Source of the DNA: an uncultured Ignavibacteriales bacterium
Lineage (GTDB): Bacteria; Zixibacteria; MSB-5A5; GN15; FEB-12
Assembly (NCBI GenBank): GCA_964544635.1
Contig: CAZJCK010000001.1
Coordinates: 31,384 to 95,383, forward strand
DNA: 64,000 nt
Direction: 5' to 3'
The translations under genes and the position numbers were made by a program. A model generated the notes under the pieces. It made no database searches and was not told where the DNA came from. It saw nothing but the letters and a program-made list of their open reading frames with translations. This document shows positions 49,262 through 57,839 of the stretch, one piece after another; position 1 is the first letter of the stretch, and every line of letters starts with the position of its first letter.

Positions 49262-49687
49262 ATGAGCTCATCTGACGGCCCGGCCATTGGTGTCCCCGGC
49301 GCCCACCGTAAAATCAGCAAACAACATTGCCGCCTGACCGCCCTTTTGCAACGAATCGAACGGCTTATCCGTCAACAACGCTCCCACACCGCAATTGTCC
49401 GCCTCCTTGATCGACTGATTGTGGCCGCCGAGGCCCATTTCGACTATGAAGCATACGTCCAGAATGCCTTGGGGCTGGGCGGGGTCGAATACCACGAAGG
49501 TTCGCAAATCCGTCCCCATGCCCTGATAAAGCTCAAGGATCGCTATGTCGCCGACCGCCCGCCATGCATAACTGAAGCCATCGATACCCTCAATCAATGG
49601 CTGCATCATCATCAGCGGGAATCAATTGTCCAGGAGATAGCCCTTCGACCCGAAATGCTGATGGTTCAGGAATCTGCCGGCGGCTAA
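49262..49687 (+). CDS. Possible hemerythrin-like metal-binding protein (weak call)
   Basis: His/Glu spacing reminiscent of hemerythrin-like domains: ISKQHCRL, AEAHFDYEAYVQN, EYHEGSQIRPH, LNQWLHHHQRE. Third-position GC bias favours this frame over the antisense 49268..49612 ORF. Confidence 0.35.
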   Translation: MSSSDGPAIGVPGAHRKISKQHCRLTALLQRIERLIRQQRSHTAIVRLLDRLIVAAEAHFDYEAYVQNALGLGGVEYHEGSQIRPHALIKLKDRYVADRPPCITEAIDTLNQWLHHHQRESIVQEIALRPEMLMVQESAGG

Positions 49688-50712
49688 TCGATCACCGATT
49701 CGATCCGCGAAACCGCCTCGTCGATATCGGACGACGAGACATCAAGGTGGGTCACGAATCGCAGACGTGTCGGACCGAACGGGACTGCCCAGACGCCGAC
49801 CGTCTTGAGCTTCTCCAGTACGGCGGCAGCGGTTGCTCCCGATACAATATCGACAATTACGATATTCGTCTCGACACGGTCACGCCGCACTGAGAACGAC
49901 TGCCGTTTCTCGAGTGCCCCGGCAAGACGCCGGGCATTGTCATGGTCTTCGGCAAGCCGCTCCATATTGTGCTTCAGTGCGTACAGTCCGCCGGCGGCAA
50001 TGATTCCCACCTGACGCATCCCGCCGCCAAACAGCTTGCGCTCCCGCAGACAGACTTCGATAAACTCGGCACTACCCAGAATGACCGACCCAATCGGCGC
50101 CCCCAGCCCCTTGGACAAACAGACCGACACCGAATCAAACGGCCGGGTCAGCTCGGCCAGCGACAGCCCGGTAGCCACATGGGCATTCCAGATCCGGGCA
50201 CCATCCAGATGAAAGGCCAGATCGAACTGGTCACACACCTGGCGCACCTTGAGGATTTCATCCTGCGGCAGGATCGTGCCGCCGTGGCGATTGTGCGTGT
50301 TCTCCAGCGCCACCACCTTGGTCAGCGGCGAGTGAAGGCTCTTGGGACGGACATTCGCCCGCACCATGTCGGCCGTGATCATCCCTTTGTCTGTCGTCAG
50401 CAGGTTGACCAGCAGCCCGGCATGCACCACCGGCCCGGCCACTTCATAGTTAACCACGTGGCACTCCCGGTCGCACAACAACTCCCAGCCGGGCGAACCG
50501 TGTACTTTCAGGCAGATCTGGTTGCCCATTGTTCCGGACGGCACAAACAGCGCCGCCTCGCGTTCAAACAGATCGGCTATATATCGCTGGAGCTCATTGA
50601 CTGTAGGGTCATCGCCATGGACATCATCCCCCACTTCGGCTGTCGCCATCGCCCGGCGCATAGCCTCGGATGGCCGCGTGACGGTGTCGGATCGCAAGTC
50701 GATTGTCTTCAT
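49684..50712 (-). CDS. ltaE: Low-specificity L-threonine aldolase
   Basis: MKTIDLRSDTVTRPSEAMRRAMATAEVGDDVHGDDPTVNELQ, and PLP-lysine context VCLSKGLGAPIGS. ATG at 50712; the track uses TTG at 50721. Confidence 0.85.
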   Translation of the reverse strand: MKTIDLRSDTVTRPSEAMRRAMATAEVGDDVHGDDPTVNELQRYIADLFEREAALFVPSGTMGNQICLKVHGSPGWELLCDRECHVVNYEVAGPVVHAGLLVNLLTTDKGMITADMVRANVRPKSLHSPLTKVVALENTHNRHGGTILPQDEILKVRQVCDQFDLAFHLDGARIWNAHVATGLSLAELTRPFDSVSVCLSKGLGAPIGSVILGSAEFIEVCLRERKLFGGGMRQVGIIAAGGLYALKHNMERLAEDHDNARRLAGALEKRQSFSVRRDRVETNIVIVDIVSGATAAAVLEKLKTVGVWAVPFGPTRLRFVTHLDVSSSDIDEAVSRIESVID

Positions 50713-50770
50713 GCGGCCCAATATACTGACTGTTTATGGACAGGCAAGGAGTCTATTGTCTCTGCACACG

Positions 50771-50806
50771 CAAAAAGAAACGGCCATCCCATTCCGTGGA
50801 TGGCCG
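50771..50806 (-). terminator. Rho-independent terminator of the cold-shock gene
   Basis: Minus strand: CGGCCATCC-acggaatg-GGATGGCCG, a perfect 9-bp stem, followed by TTTCTTTTTG. Lies 28 nt after the csp stop. Confidence 0.8.
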
Positions 50807-50834
50807 TTCCAAACCTTGCGTAAGCTGGCTGCTT

Positions 50835-51038
50835 TCAGGCTAACGTGACGTTATTTGCCCGCAGACCATTGTCTGAATTCACCAGCTCATATGAAACCTC
50901 TTGACCCTCTTTGAGAGTCCTGAAACCGTCCATGTTAATGGCGGTGTAGTGCACATAGATGTCCTGACTGGAATCGTCACTGGCAATGACACCCCAGCCC
51001 TTTAAGTCATTGAAGTACTTAACCTTACCTTTGGACAT
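50835..51038 (-). CDS. cspA: Cold-shock protein (CspA family)
   Basis: MSKGKVKYFNDLKGWGVIASDD...IYVHYTAINMDGFRTLKEGQEVSYE. RNP1/RNP2-like motifs, 67 aa. Confidence 0.9.
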   Translation of the reverse strand: MSKGKVKYFNDLKGWGVIASDDSSQDIYVHYTAINMDGFRTLKEGQEVSYELVNSDNGLRANNVTLA

Positions 51039-51085
51039 CCGGAACCTCCATAATAGGGGTTTAGAAACACCGAGTGGCTACACTT

Positions 51086-51114
51086 TATTATACGCCCGGG
51101 GCCAAAAATGTTCA
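51086..51114 (-). promoter_or_regulatory. Sigma70-type promoter of the cold-shock gene
   Basis: Minus strand TTGAAC - 17 nt - TATAAT. About 45 nt upstream of the ATG, with GGAGG as Shine-Dalgarno. Confidence 0.55.
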
Positions 51115-51132
51115 AGAGAAATGTGGTCGCCG

Positions 51133-51789
51133 TTAGAAATTTGTGAGGATCTTCATGACCAGGGTCATGATTAATCCCGACAAAATCGGCACCGTGATGT
51201 TGTCATCAATCCCGAACGGCATCGCTTCGATGGCCGCCGCCGCTATCGCCCCGATCACCGCTACTGGTACCGCCAACCCCGGTGCCAGCGCCGCTACCAG
51301 TAAGGTTCCCACCAGGCAGGCCAGACTTCCCTCCCAGGTCTTGGAGCCGAACGGCCGGCCGAGCCGATGACGCCCGAACTTACGGCCAACCACTGCTGCA
51401 AAGGAATCCCCAACGATGATGAACGAGAGAGCTGCAATTGCCACCGGCTTATCGAAGAGCGCCACCGTAAAGCAGGTCGAAAGCAAAATATAGCTGGCGC
51501 CAGTAAAGTCACCCGCCTCTTCGTGTTGACGGATCAGTCGACCAATGATCTTCCGGGCAAAACCGGTCCAGAATGCCCACCGGCGCAACCGGGCAATATC
51601 GACTATGATCATCACCAGTGTCACCGGGATCATGATATAGAGCATTTCTACCCTGGTAAGCCCCAGCAGATAATACCCGACCGGCATAACCATGGCACCC
51701 AGGTGGGTCCCCTTGCGTGCCAACTCACTGGCGAAACTGATTTGCCCGTGCTTGCCGGTCTGGGTCGACAACACCTGGTCAGCCTTCAA
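51133..51789 (-). CDS. Polyprenol/dolichol/phytol kinase-like membrane protein (CTP_transf_1 superfamily)
   Basis: ELARKGTHLGAMV..., IVGDSFAAVVGRKFGRHRL...GSKTWEGSLACLVG. About 6 TM helices, 218 aa. Confidence 0.6.
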   Translation of the reverse strand: MKADQVLSTQTGKHGQISFASELARKGTHLGAMVMPVGYYLLGLTRVEMLYIMIPVTLVMIIVDIARLRRWAFWTGFARKIIGRLIRQHEEAGDFTGASYILLSTCFTVALFDKPVAIAALSFIIVGDSFAAVVGRKFGRHRLGRPFGSKTWEGSLACLVGTLLVAALAPGLAVPVAVIGAIAAAAIEAMPFGIDDNITVPILSGLIMTLVMKILTNF

Positions 51790-53539
51790 TGCGCAGCTCG
51801 CGGGGTCTGATATGGACCGATTTCAACTCCGATGGAAACCGCACCTCGTACCTCTCATACAACCGGTCGCGGAATTGCCGGTAGATTGCCCGGCCGTGCT
51901 CCTGCCTGAGTTGCTTGCGAATATCGATTGCGGCCTCCTCAAGGGTCTTCGACTTCTTCACGTCCAGCACCCGGATCAACTGGTACCCCAGGTCGGTCTT
52001 GATCGGGAGGCTGATCTCGCCGACCGGCGTCAACATCGCCGCGGCCCAGAATTCTTCCGACACCTCGTCCCGGCTGACCGCCCCGAGATCGGCCAGTTCC
52101 CGTCGCATGCTCGGCTCGCCCGGATAATACTGCTCGGCCAGATCGATGAAATCGACGCCTGACAGTGCCTGATCCCGAACGAACTCGCCCATGAGCGAAT
52201 CCTCGACAATGATCTGTTGCACCACCAGCGGCTTGTCGACCTGAAACTGATCGGCGTTAGCCTCGTAGTATGCTGCTATCATACTGTCAGTCGGCTGCCA
52301 GTCGGGGTCACGCATATCGAGGGCAAGAATCTCGCGCGCCTGCTCCTGGAAAATCTCGGTACGCGCTTCTTGTATCTTCGGATCATCCATAAGACCAACA
52401 TCCCGGGCCGCCTGAACGACCAGGAAACGGTCGGCCAGCTGGACCAGTCCCTCTTTTTTCATCTCGGCAGTGGTAGTCGGCACATTGTACTGAGTTCGGA
52501 GTCCTTCCTCGAATGTGCGCACGTCGTCGAAATACAATGTATCCTCGCTGTTGACCACTGCCGCCCAGGTACTCCCCGGCACCAGGTACACGTTGGTATC
52601 CAGGAGCGCTTCGTTGTACATCATCTCCAGCGTGCCGCGCAGCGAGTCGATCATGTGCGCCGCCAGCCGATTCGCCTGGGACGTGCGATACGTGTTGATC
52701 GCCATCGGCCAGGTGGTGGAGTCGAGCGGCGGCAAGCCGGCCTCAAGACGCTCCGTAACGTGAATGATATGCCAGCCATAGGCATCAAGGTACGGGTCCG
52801 ACACGCCCCCCGGCTCGAGAGCAAAGGCTACCGAATCAAACGGATCGATAAATTCCCCGCGGGTTACCCAGCCAATCAGCCCGCGATCGACATTGACTTT
52901 ATTGTCCGACGAATACCTGAGCGCTACCTCAGAGAAATTTTCTGCGGTATCGGCGATGTCGGCAATCTCGAAGGCGTAGTCCTGTACCGCCTGTTCCAGA
53001 TCGGGACCGTATACGCCGGCAAAGCGCGACGAGTCCGGACCGGCCCGCGCACCCATGATCGTCACGAGAATGTGGTAAGCGTAAATTTGCTCCTCGCGCT
53101 CGAACATTTCGCGATTTTCGTGGTAATACTCCTGCACGACAACGGAGTCAATCGGGATCTTGTCGTATATCTGGGCATTGAAGAATGCCCGAATCAGGAT
53201 ATCATGGAACCGCGCCCGGGCCAGTCGATTGTATCGGTAATGCGGCGCCACGTCGACGTTCAGCGCTTCCAGCCACATGAGCGTATCGACGAGGATTGAA
53301 TCGAGTATCATCCGCTGCGTCGCGGTATCGACCATCCCGCCCCGGGGCACCACGTACGATCGCAACTCCAGTGAATCATAGAATGCCGGCAGTGTCAGAC
53401 GGTAGTCCTCGCCAAACGCCGCGATCACGCGGTCCTGGTATTCACTGATACTGGAATGTGAAATCAGCGCCTGCTTACCACAGCCAAGGCAGAGCAAAAA
53501 AACGAAACATGGAATACAAATTAAAGCGGCTCGCCGCAT
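51779..53539 (-). CDS. SurA/PrsA-like lipoprotein with two parvulin (PpiC-type) PPIase domains
   Basis: Lipobox FLLCLGC. Parvulin 1 YAYHILV...FSEVALRYSSD...GLIGWVTRGEFIDPFDSVAF...YGWHIIHV. Parvulin 2 VVQQIIV...FIDLAEQY...LGYQLIRV. Confidence 0.75.
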   Translation of the reverse strand: MRRAALICIPCFVFLLCLGCGKQALISHSSISEYQDRVIAAFGEDYRLTLPAFYDSLELRSYVVPRGGMVDTATQRMILDSILVDTLMWLEALNVDVAPHYRYNRLARARFHDILIRAFFNAQIYDKIPIDSVVVQEYYHENREMFEREEQIYAYHILVTIMGARAGPDSSRFAGVYGPDLEQAVQDYAFEIADIADTAENFSEVALRYSSDNKVNVDRGLIGWVTRGEFIDPFDSVAFALEPGGVSDPYLDAYGWHIIHVTERLEAGLPPLDSTTWPMAINTYRTSQANRLAAHMIDSLRGTLEMMYNEALLDTNVYLVPGSTWAAVVNSEDTLYFDDVRTFEEGLRTQYNVPTTTAEMKKEGLVQLADRFLVVQAARDVGLMDDPKIQEARTEIFQEQAREILALDMRDPDWQPTDSMIAAYYEANADQFQVDKPLVVQQIIVEDSLMGEFVRDQALSGVDFIDLAEQYYPGEPSMRRELADLGAVSRDEVSEEFWAAAMLTPVGEISLPIKTDLGYQLIRVLDVKKSKTLEEAAIDIRKQLRQEHGRAIYRQFRDRLYERYEVRFPSELKSVHIRPRELRIEG

Positions 53540-53581
53540 ACGTCTCCCTCATCGCCATCATCATTACGTAAAGGTCGATAT

Positions 53582-53587
53582 ATTATA
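53582..53587 (-). promoter_or_regulatory. Possible -10 box (perfect TATAAT) for the PPIase gene; no convincing -35
   Basis: Minus strand ...gcagagtgTATAATatatcg, 43 nt upstream of the ATG at 53539, inside an 82-nt intergenic gap. Confidence 0.3.
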
Positions 53588-53621
53588 CACTCTGCGTCTT
53601 CACGCAAGGCAAAAAAGGGAG

Positions 53622-55325
53622 TCAGGCCAGCGTTGCCGAGCCTTCAGCCAGGGCGATCCTGGCTGTACCTTCGGGCGGAACCCTCGGGAACGTAATGGTA
53701 AAGGTGGTGCCCTTGCCGACTGTCGACTCGGCAGTCAGCAGAAGATCGAGCATCGAGCAGATGCGGTGCACAATCGACAACCCCAGCCCGGTGCCGTTGC
53801 GCTTGGTGGAGAAGAACGGCTCATACATCCGGCTGAGCTGATCCTCGGTCATACCCGGACCGTTGTCCATCAGCTCGAGATTGACATAAGCGTCATCCTC
53901 GGTACCGCGAAGGCGAATCGTCACCGTCCCGACACCGCCACCGAACGCTTCCACCGCATTCAGCATCAGGTTCAGAAGCACCTGCTTGATTAAGCCCTCT
54001 TCTCCGGCCACATAAACAATCGATTCGTCAGTATCGAAATCAAAGCCTACCCATTCCTGATAGACTTCGTCGTGACGCACCAGTTCGAGAACATCGGACA
54101 CCAGGTGACACAACTCGACTTTCTGGAAGGTGGTTCGGTCAAGACGGGCATAGTTCAGGAAATCATGGAGGATCCGGTTCAGGCGGTTCGACTCTTTCAT
54201 GATCAGTTCCATCAGCCGCGCGTTCTCCCCCTCGAGCTTTAACTCGGCGTTCAGCACCTCGACCGAACCCGACAGCGCCGCCAGCGGGTTGCGGATCTCA
54301 TGGGCAATCGATGCCGACATCTCGCCCACCGCCGCCAGGCGATCGGCGACGCGCACTTTCTCTTCGAGCTTCTTCGCCTCGGTCAGGTCGGAGAAGATGG
54401 CGATGACGCCACGGAAATCACCGGAATGATCGGTCAACAGCGATGTCGATACGCCCAACGGCACCCGTTTGTGCTCGACCCCCTTGATGTCCATTTCACG
54501 GCGCGGGTGGGCCACCCCCTCCAGCACGCCGTCCATGAGGCAGGCGGCCAGTTCCGGCATGCGCTCGGCAAAGACCTCCTCGCACGACAACCCGCTGATC
54601 GCCGTCTCACTGAAACCGAGGATGCGTTCTGCCGCCCGGTTGAAATAGAGAATGTGCCCCTTGTGATCGACCGTCAGGAGCCCGGAGTTCAGGTGGCGCA
54701 GAATATCATCGGTGTCCAGTCGCGCCAGCTGCAACGCCCGCGAGGCATCGTGCAACCGACGGTCCTTTTGCTCGAGGTGTTCCGCCAGGTAACCCGAGGT
54801 GAACGCTATCAGGTAGAAAATCAACAGGTGCAAAAAGACCGCGTAGAAGACATGATCGGGCGTTTGGGTGATGACACGCCACATATCGCCGGCCATCGGC
54901 GGCTCGGCGGCAAGAGCCAGCCCGAACCAGACGGTGACGACATACGATGCCGACACTATCGTCGCCACCAGCAGCGTACCGACCAACCGGTACGCCATAG
55001 CCGCCGACACAATGGTGAGCAGGAAGAGCGCCGAATAGGTGGAGTTCGAGCCGCCCGAGTTTATCACCAGCAGCGACTCGATGCCGATCTCCGAGACGAA
55101 CTGCAGGGCGATTATCGACTTGGTCAAAAGCGGCAGGGAACCGCGTTTGTCCAGCGCATACAGCAGCGCGAAACCGAGCGTCAGCAGCGAATAGATTATC
55201 AGCGGCGCTTCCAGGCTGCGGGGCAGGCGAAACGACACCAGCACCACCGCCAGAAGGATGACGTATGATGTCATGCGCAGGGCAAGAAACCAGCCGCGCC
55301 GCTCTACAAAGTTCAGTGTCGCCAT
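53622..55325 (-). CDS. Sensor histidine kinase, PilS-like architecture (multi-TM N-domain, PAS, HisKA, HATPase_c)
   Basis: About 6 N-terminal TM helices, PAS-like LNSGLLTVDHKGHILYFNRAAERILG, H-box MSASIAHEIRNPLAAL, N-box LLNLMLNAVEAF, G-boxes DNGPGM and GTGLGLSIV. No response regulator gene nearby. Confidence 0.85.
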   Translation of the reverse strand: MATLNFVERRGWFLALRMTSYVILLAVVLVSFRLPRSLEAPLIIYSLLTLGFALLYALDKRGSLPLLTKSIIALQFVSEIGIESLLVINSGGSNSTYSALFLLTIVSAAMAYRLVGTLLVATIVSASYVVTVWFGLALAAEPPMAGDMWRVITQTPDHVFYAVFLHLLIFYLIAFTSGYLAEHLEQKDRRLHDASRALQLARLDTDDILRHLNSGLLTVDHKGHILYFNRAAERILGFSETAISGLSCEEVFAERMPELAACLMDGVLEGVAHPRREMDIKGVEHKRVPLGVSTSLLTDHSGDFRGVIAIFSDLTEAKKLEEKVRVADRLAAVGEMSASIAHEIRNPLAALSGSVEVLNAELKLEGENARLMELIMKESNRLNRILHDFLNYARLDRTTFQKVELCHLVSDVLELVRHDEVYQEWVGFDFDTDESIVYVAGEEGLIKQVLLNLMLNAVEAFGGGVGTVTIRLRGTEDDAYVNLELMDNGPGMTEDQLSRMYEPFFSTKRNGTGLGLSIVHRICSMLDLLLTAESTVGKGTTFTITFPRVPPEGTARIALAEGSATLA

Positions 55326-55334
55326 AGACGAAAG

Positions 55335-55361
55335 AGGGCGGCGCCGCTGGTCGACGCCGCC
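55335..55361 (-). terminator. GC hairpin between pilC and the kinase gene (attenuator/terminator candidate)
   Basis: Minus strand GGGCGGCG-tcgaccagcgg-CGCCGCCC followed by TCTTTCGTCT, then the kinase ATG. Confidence 0.35.
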
Positions 55362-55396
55362 CTGGTGTATCGAGTCTGTAAGCTCTTTGCGTTTGG

Positions 55397-56593
55397 TCAG
55401 ATCTTACCGATGATGTCGAACATCGGCAGGTACATCGCAATCAGGATGCCGCCAATGACCACACCCATAAACACGATGATGATCGGTTCAATCACCGATG
55501 TCAACGCGGTCACGGCTTCATCCACCTCTTCATCGTAGAAGTCCGAGATCTTGTTCAGCATCTCGTCAAGACCACCGGTCTTTTCACCGACCGAAATCAT
55601 CTGTGTCACCATCGGTGGAAAGACGCCGGTTTCCTTCAGCGGTCCGGTGATCGTATCACCCTCGGCAATCGACAGCACCGACTTGTTGATGGCGTTGGCA
55701 ATAACCTGGTTGCCCGCTGTCTTGGCCGTAATTTCCAGGGCGTCGAGAATCGACACACCCGACGCCAAAAGCGTACCGAGAGTACGGGTGAACCGCGCAA
55801 CCGACGACTTTCGCGTCAGGTTGCCCAGCACCGGCAACCGCAGGAGCATCCGGTCGGTCGCCAGGGCGCCCTGCGGTGTCTTCTTCCACCACATGAAAAC
55901 GCCGATCACGCCCATCAGCCCAAAGAACAGGTAGACCATGTTGGCCTGCAGGAAGTTGGAGATCCCGAGCACAATCTGGGTCGGCGCCGGCAGTTCGGCA
56001 TTGAGACCGCCGAACATGTTGGCGAACACCGGCACGATGTATGCGAGCATACCGATCGTGACCGCCGTCGCGACCACCACGATCACCGCCGGATAGACCA
56101 TCGCACCCTTGACCTTGCGCACCAGGGCATCGGCCTTTTCACGGTAGACCGCCAGTCGCACCAGGATGGCATCGAGGGCGCCGCCGATTTCACCGGCCTC
56201 CACCATGTTGGTATACAGGCCGTCGAAAACCTTCGGGTGACGCGCCAGCGCCTCGGACAGCGTGGCACCACCCTGTACGTGATCGCGAACCTGGCCGATG
56301 AGCTTGGCCAGTTCCTTGTTCTCAGTCTGGGCGGCCATAATATCGAGACACTGCACCATCGGCAAACCGGCGCCGATCATGGTTGCAAACTGCCGGGTAA
56401 AACGGGAAACCTCAACCTTCTTGATTCCGGTGCCGATCTTGATGTTGATTTCCGGCGCCTTCTTGCTGATTGACTTGACCAGGATGCGGTTCTGGCGCAG
56501 GATGCGCTCCAGATCCGCCCGGCTCTTGGCCTTCAGTTCCCCCTGGACCGCGGTTCCGGCAAGTGTCTTTCCTTTGTATTCAAAGACTGGCAT
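55397..56593 (-). CDS. pilC: Type IV pilus platform protein PilC (GspF family)
   Basis: MPVFEYKGKTLAGTAVQGELKA..., two T2SSF repeats (FTRQFATMIGAGLPMVQCL and FTRTLGTLLASGVSILDAL), 3 TM, 398 aa. Confidence 0.85.
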   Translation of the reverse strand: MPVFEYKGKTLAGTAVQGELKAKSRADLERILRQNRILVKSISKKAPEINIKIGTGIKKVEVSRFTRQFATMIGAGLPMVQCLDIMAAQTENKELAKLIGQVRDHVQGGATLSEALARHPKVFDGLYTNMVEAGEIGGALDAILVRLAVYREKADALVRKVKGAMVYPAVIVVVATAVTIGMLAYIVPVFANMFGGLNAELPAPTQIVLGISNFLQANMVYLFFGLMGVIGVFMWWKKTPQGALATDRMLLRLPVLGNLTRKSSVARFTRTLGTLLASGVSILDALEITAKTAGNQVIANAINKSVLSIAEGDTITGPLKETGVFPPMVTQMISVGEKTGGLDEMLNKISDFYDEEVDEAVTALTSVIEPIIIVFMGVVIGGILIAMYLPMFDIIGKI

Positions 56594-56618
56594 CGAACAA
56601 TCCCTTTCTTAAACCGGC

Positions 56619-57695
56619 TTAACTGAAAGCCGGTGTCTTGTTACGCGACAACATCTCGCTCAGCTCCTGGGGGTTGGAACTGTAGTTCATCGCGTCGTTG
56701 AGGGCAATTTTTCCGGTCTGGTACAGCTCAGCCAGCGACTGGTTCATGGTCTTCATACCATACTTTTGTCCCGACTGAATCATCGAATAGACCTGGTGAA
56801 TTTTATCGTCACGGACCAGCGCCCGGATCGCCGGCGTTACAATCAGCATCTCCATCGCCAGCGCCCGTCCGCCGCCGATCTTCGGTATCAACGTCTGCGA
56901 CACAATTGCCTGCAGGCAGAACGACAGAGCCGTGCGAATCTGCTCCTGCTGGTTCGACGGAAAGGCGTCGATGATACGGTTGATCGATTCCGCCGCCGAG
57001 TTGGTGTGCAACGTTCCGAAGGCGAGGTGACCGGTTTCGGAAATCGACAGCGCCGACTCCATCGTCTCGAGGTCGCGCATCTCACCGATCAGGACCACGT
57101 CCGGATCCTCACGCAGCGCATACTTCAGCGCCGCCCCAAACGATTCGGTATCGGAATACACTTCACGCTGGTTGACCAGCGCCATTTGGTGACGGTGCAG
57201 GTACTCGATCGGATCTTCAACCGTCAGGATGTGAACCGGGCGCTCCTTGTTGATCTTGTCGATCAGCGCCGCCAGTGTTGTCGACTTGCCCGATCCGGTC
57301 GGACCGGTCACCAAAACCAGCCCGCGCGGCAACTTGGCGAGTTCCGAGACTACTTTCGGCAGCCCCAGCTCCTCAAACGTCTGCACCTTGTACGGAATCT
57401 GGCGGAGCGCAACGGCGACATTTCCCCGCTGCATGAACATGTTGCAGCGGAAGCGACTCATCGATTCGATACCGAACGAAAAGTCGAGTTCCGAGGCCTG
57501 CTCGAATTTGAGCTTCTGCTTTTCACTCAGCATGGAGTAAGCCAGCTTCTTGGTCGTCTCGGCGGTCAGCATATCATGCTCCAGCCGCTGGAGCTTGCCG
57601 TCGACCCGGACGACCGGCGGCGAACCAGTCGTGAGGTGTAAGTCAGATGCGCCCATCTTGACCATCTGCTCAAGCAGTTCGCGTAATGTCACCAT
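56619..57695 (-). CDS. pilT: Twitching-motility retraction ATPase PilT
   Basis: GASDLHLTTGSPPVVRVDGKL, Walker A GPTGSGKST, Asp box, Walker B VVLIGEMRD, His box GHLAFGTLHT. 358 aa. Confidence 0.9.
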   Translation of the reverse strand: MVTLRELLEQMVKMGASDLHLTTGSPPVVRVDGKLQRLEHDMLTAETTKKLAYSMLSEKQKLKFEQASELDFSFGIESMSRFRCNMFMQRGNVAVALRQIPYKVQTFEELGLPKVVSELAKLPRGLVLVTGPTGSGKSTTLAALIDKINKERPVHILTVEDPIEYLHRHQMALVNQREVYSDTESFGAALKYALREDPDVVLIGEMRDLETMESALSISETGHLAFGTLHTNSAAESINRIIDAFPSNQQEQIRTALSFCLQAIVSQTLIPKIGGGRALAMEMLIVTPAIRALVRDDKIHQVYSMIQSGQKYGMKTMNQSLAELYQTGKIALNDAMNYSSNPQELSEMLSRNKTPAFS

Positions 57696-57791
57696 ATATC
57701 TCTCCTGGCTCTCCTGAAATGGGGCTGTGGTGTACGGACTCGTGTCTTTCTCTTAATATCGGCGTTTATTGCCGAATCTTGAACCGGGAGA

Positions 57792-57839
57792 GTTGGAAAA
57801 TGCCCTGTAAGTTACTGAAAGAACGGCGGTTGGAAAATG
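57792..57839. repeat. Two copies of an 11-nt direct repeat (GTTGGAAAATG; minus strand CATTTTCCAAC) in the pilB-pilT spacer
   Basis: Copies at 57792-57802 and 57829-57839, 37 nt start to start. The second abuts the pilB stop codon. Confidence 0.5.

Noticed and set aside
49268-49612. 114-aa minus-strand ORF antisense to the hemerythrin-like ORF
   Set aside because: No motifs, and it is nested fully within the plus-strand ORF. The plus-strand ORF has better third-position GC bias and a His/Glu pattern. Neither is certain, so the plus ORF is reported at low confidence only.
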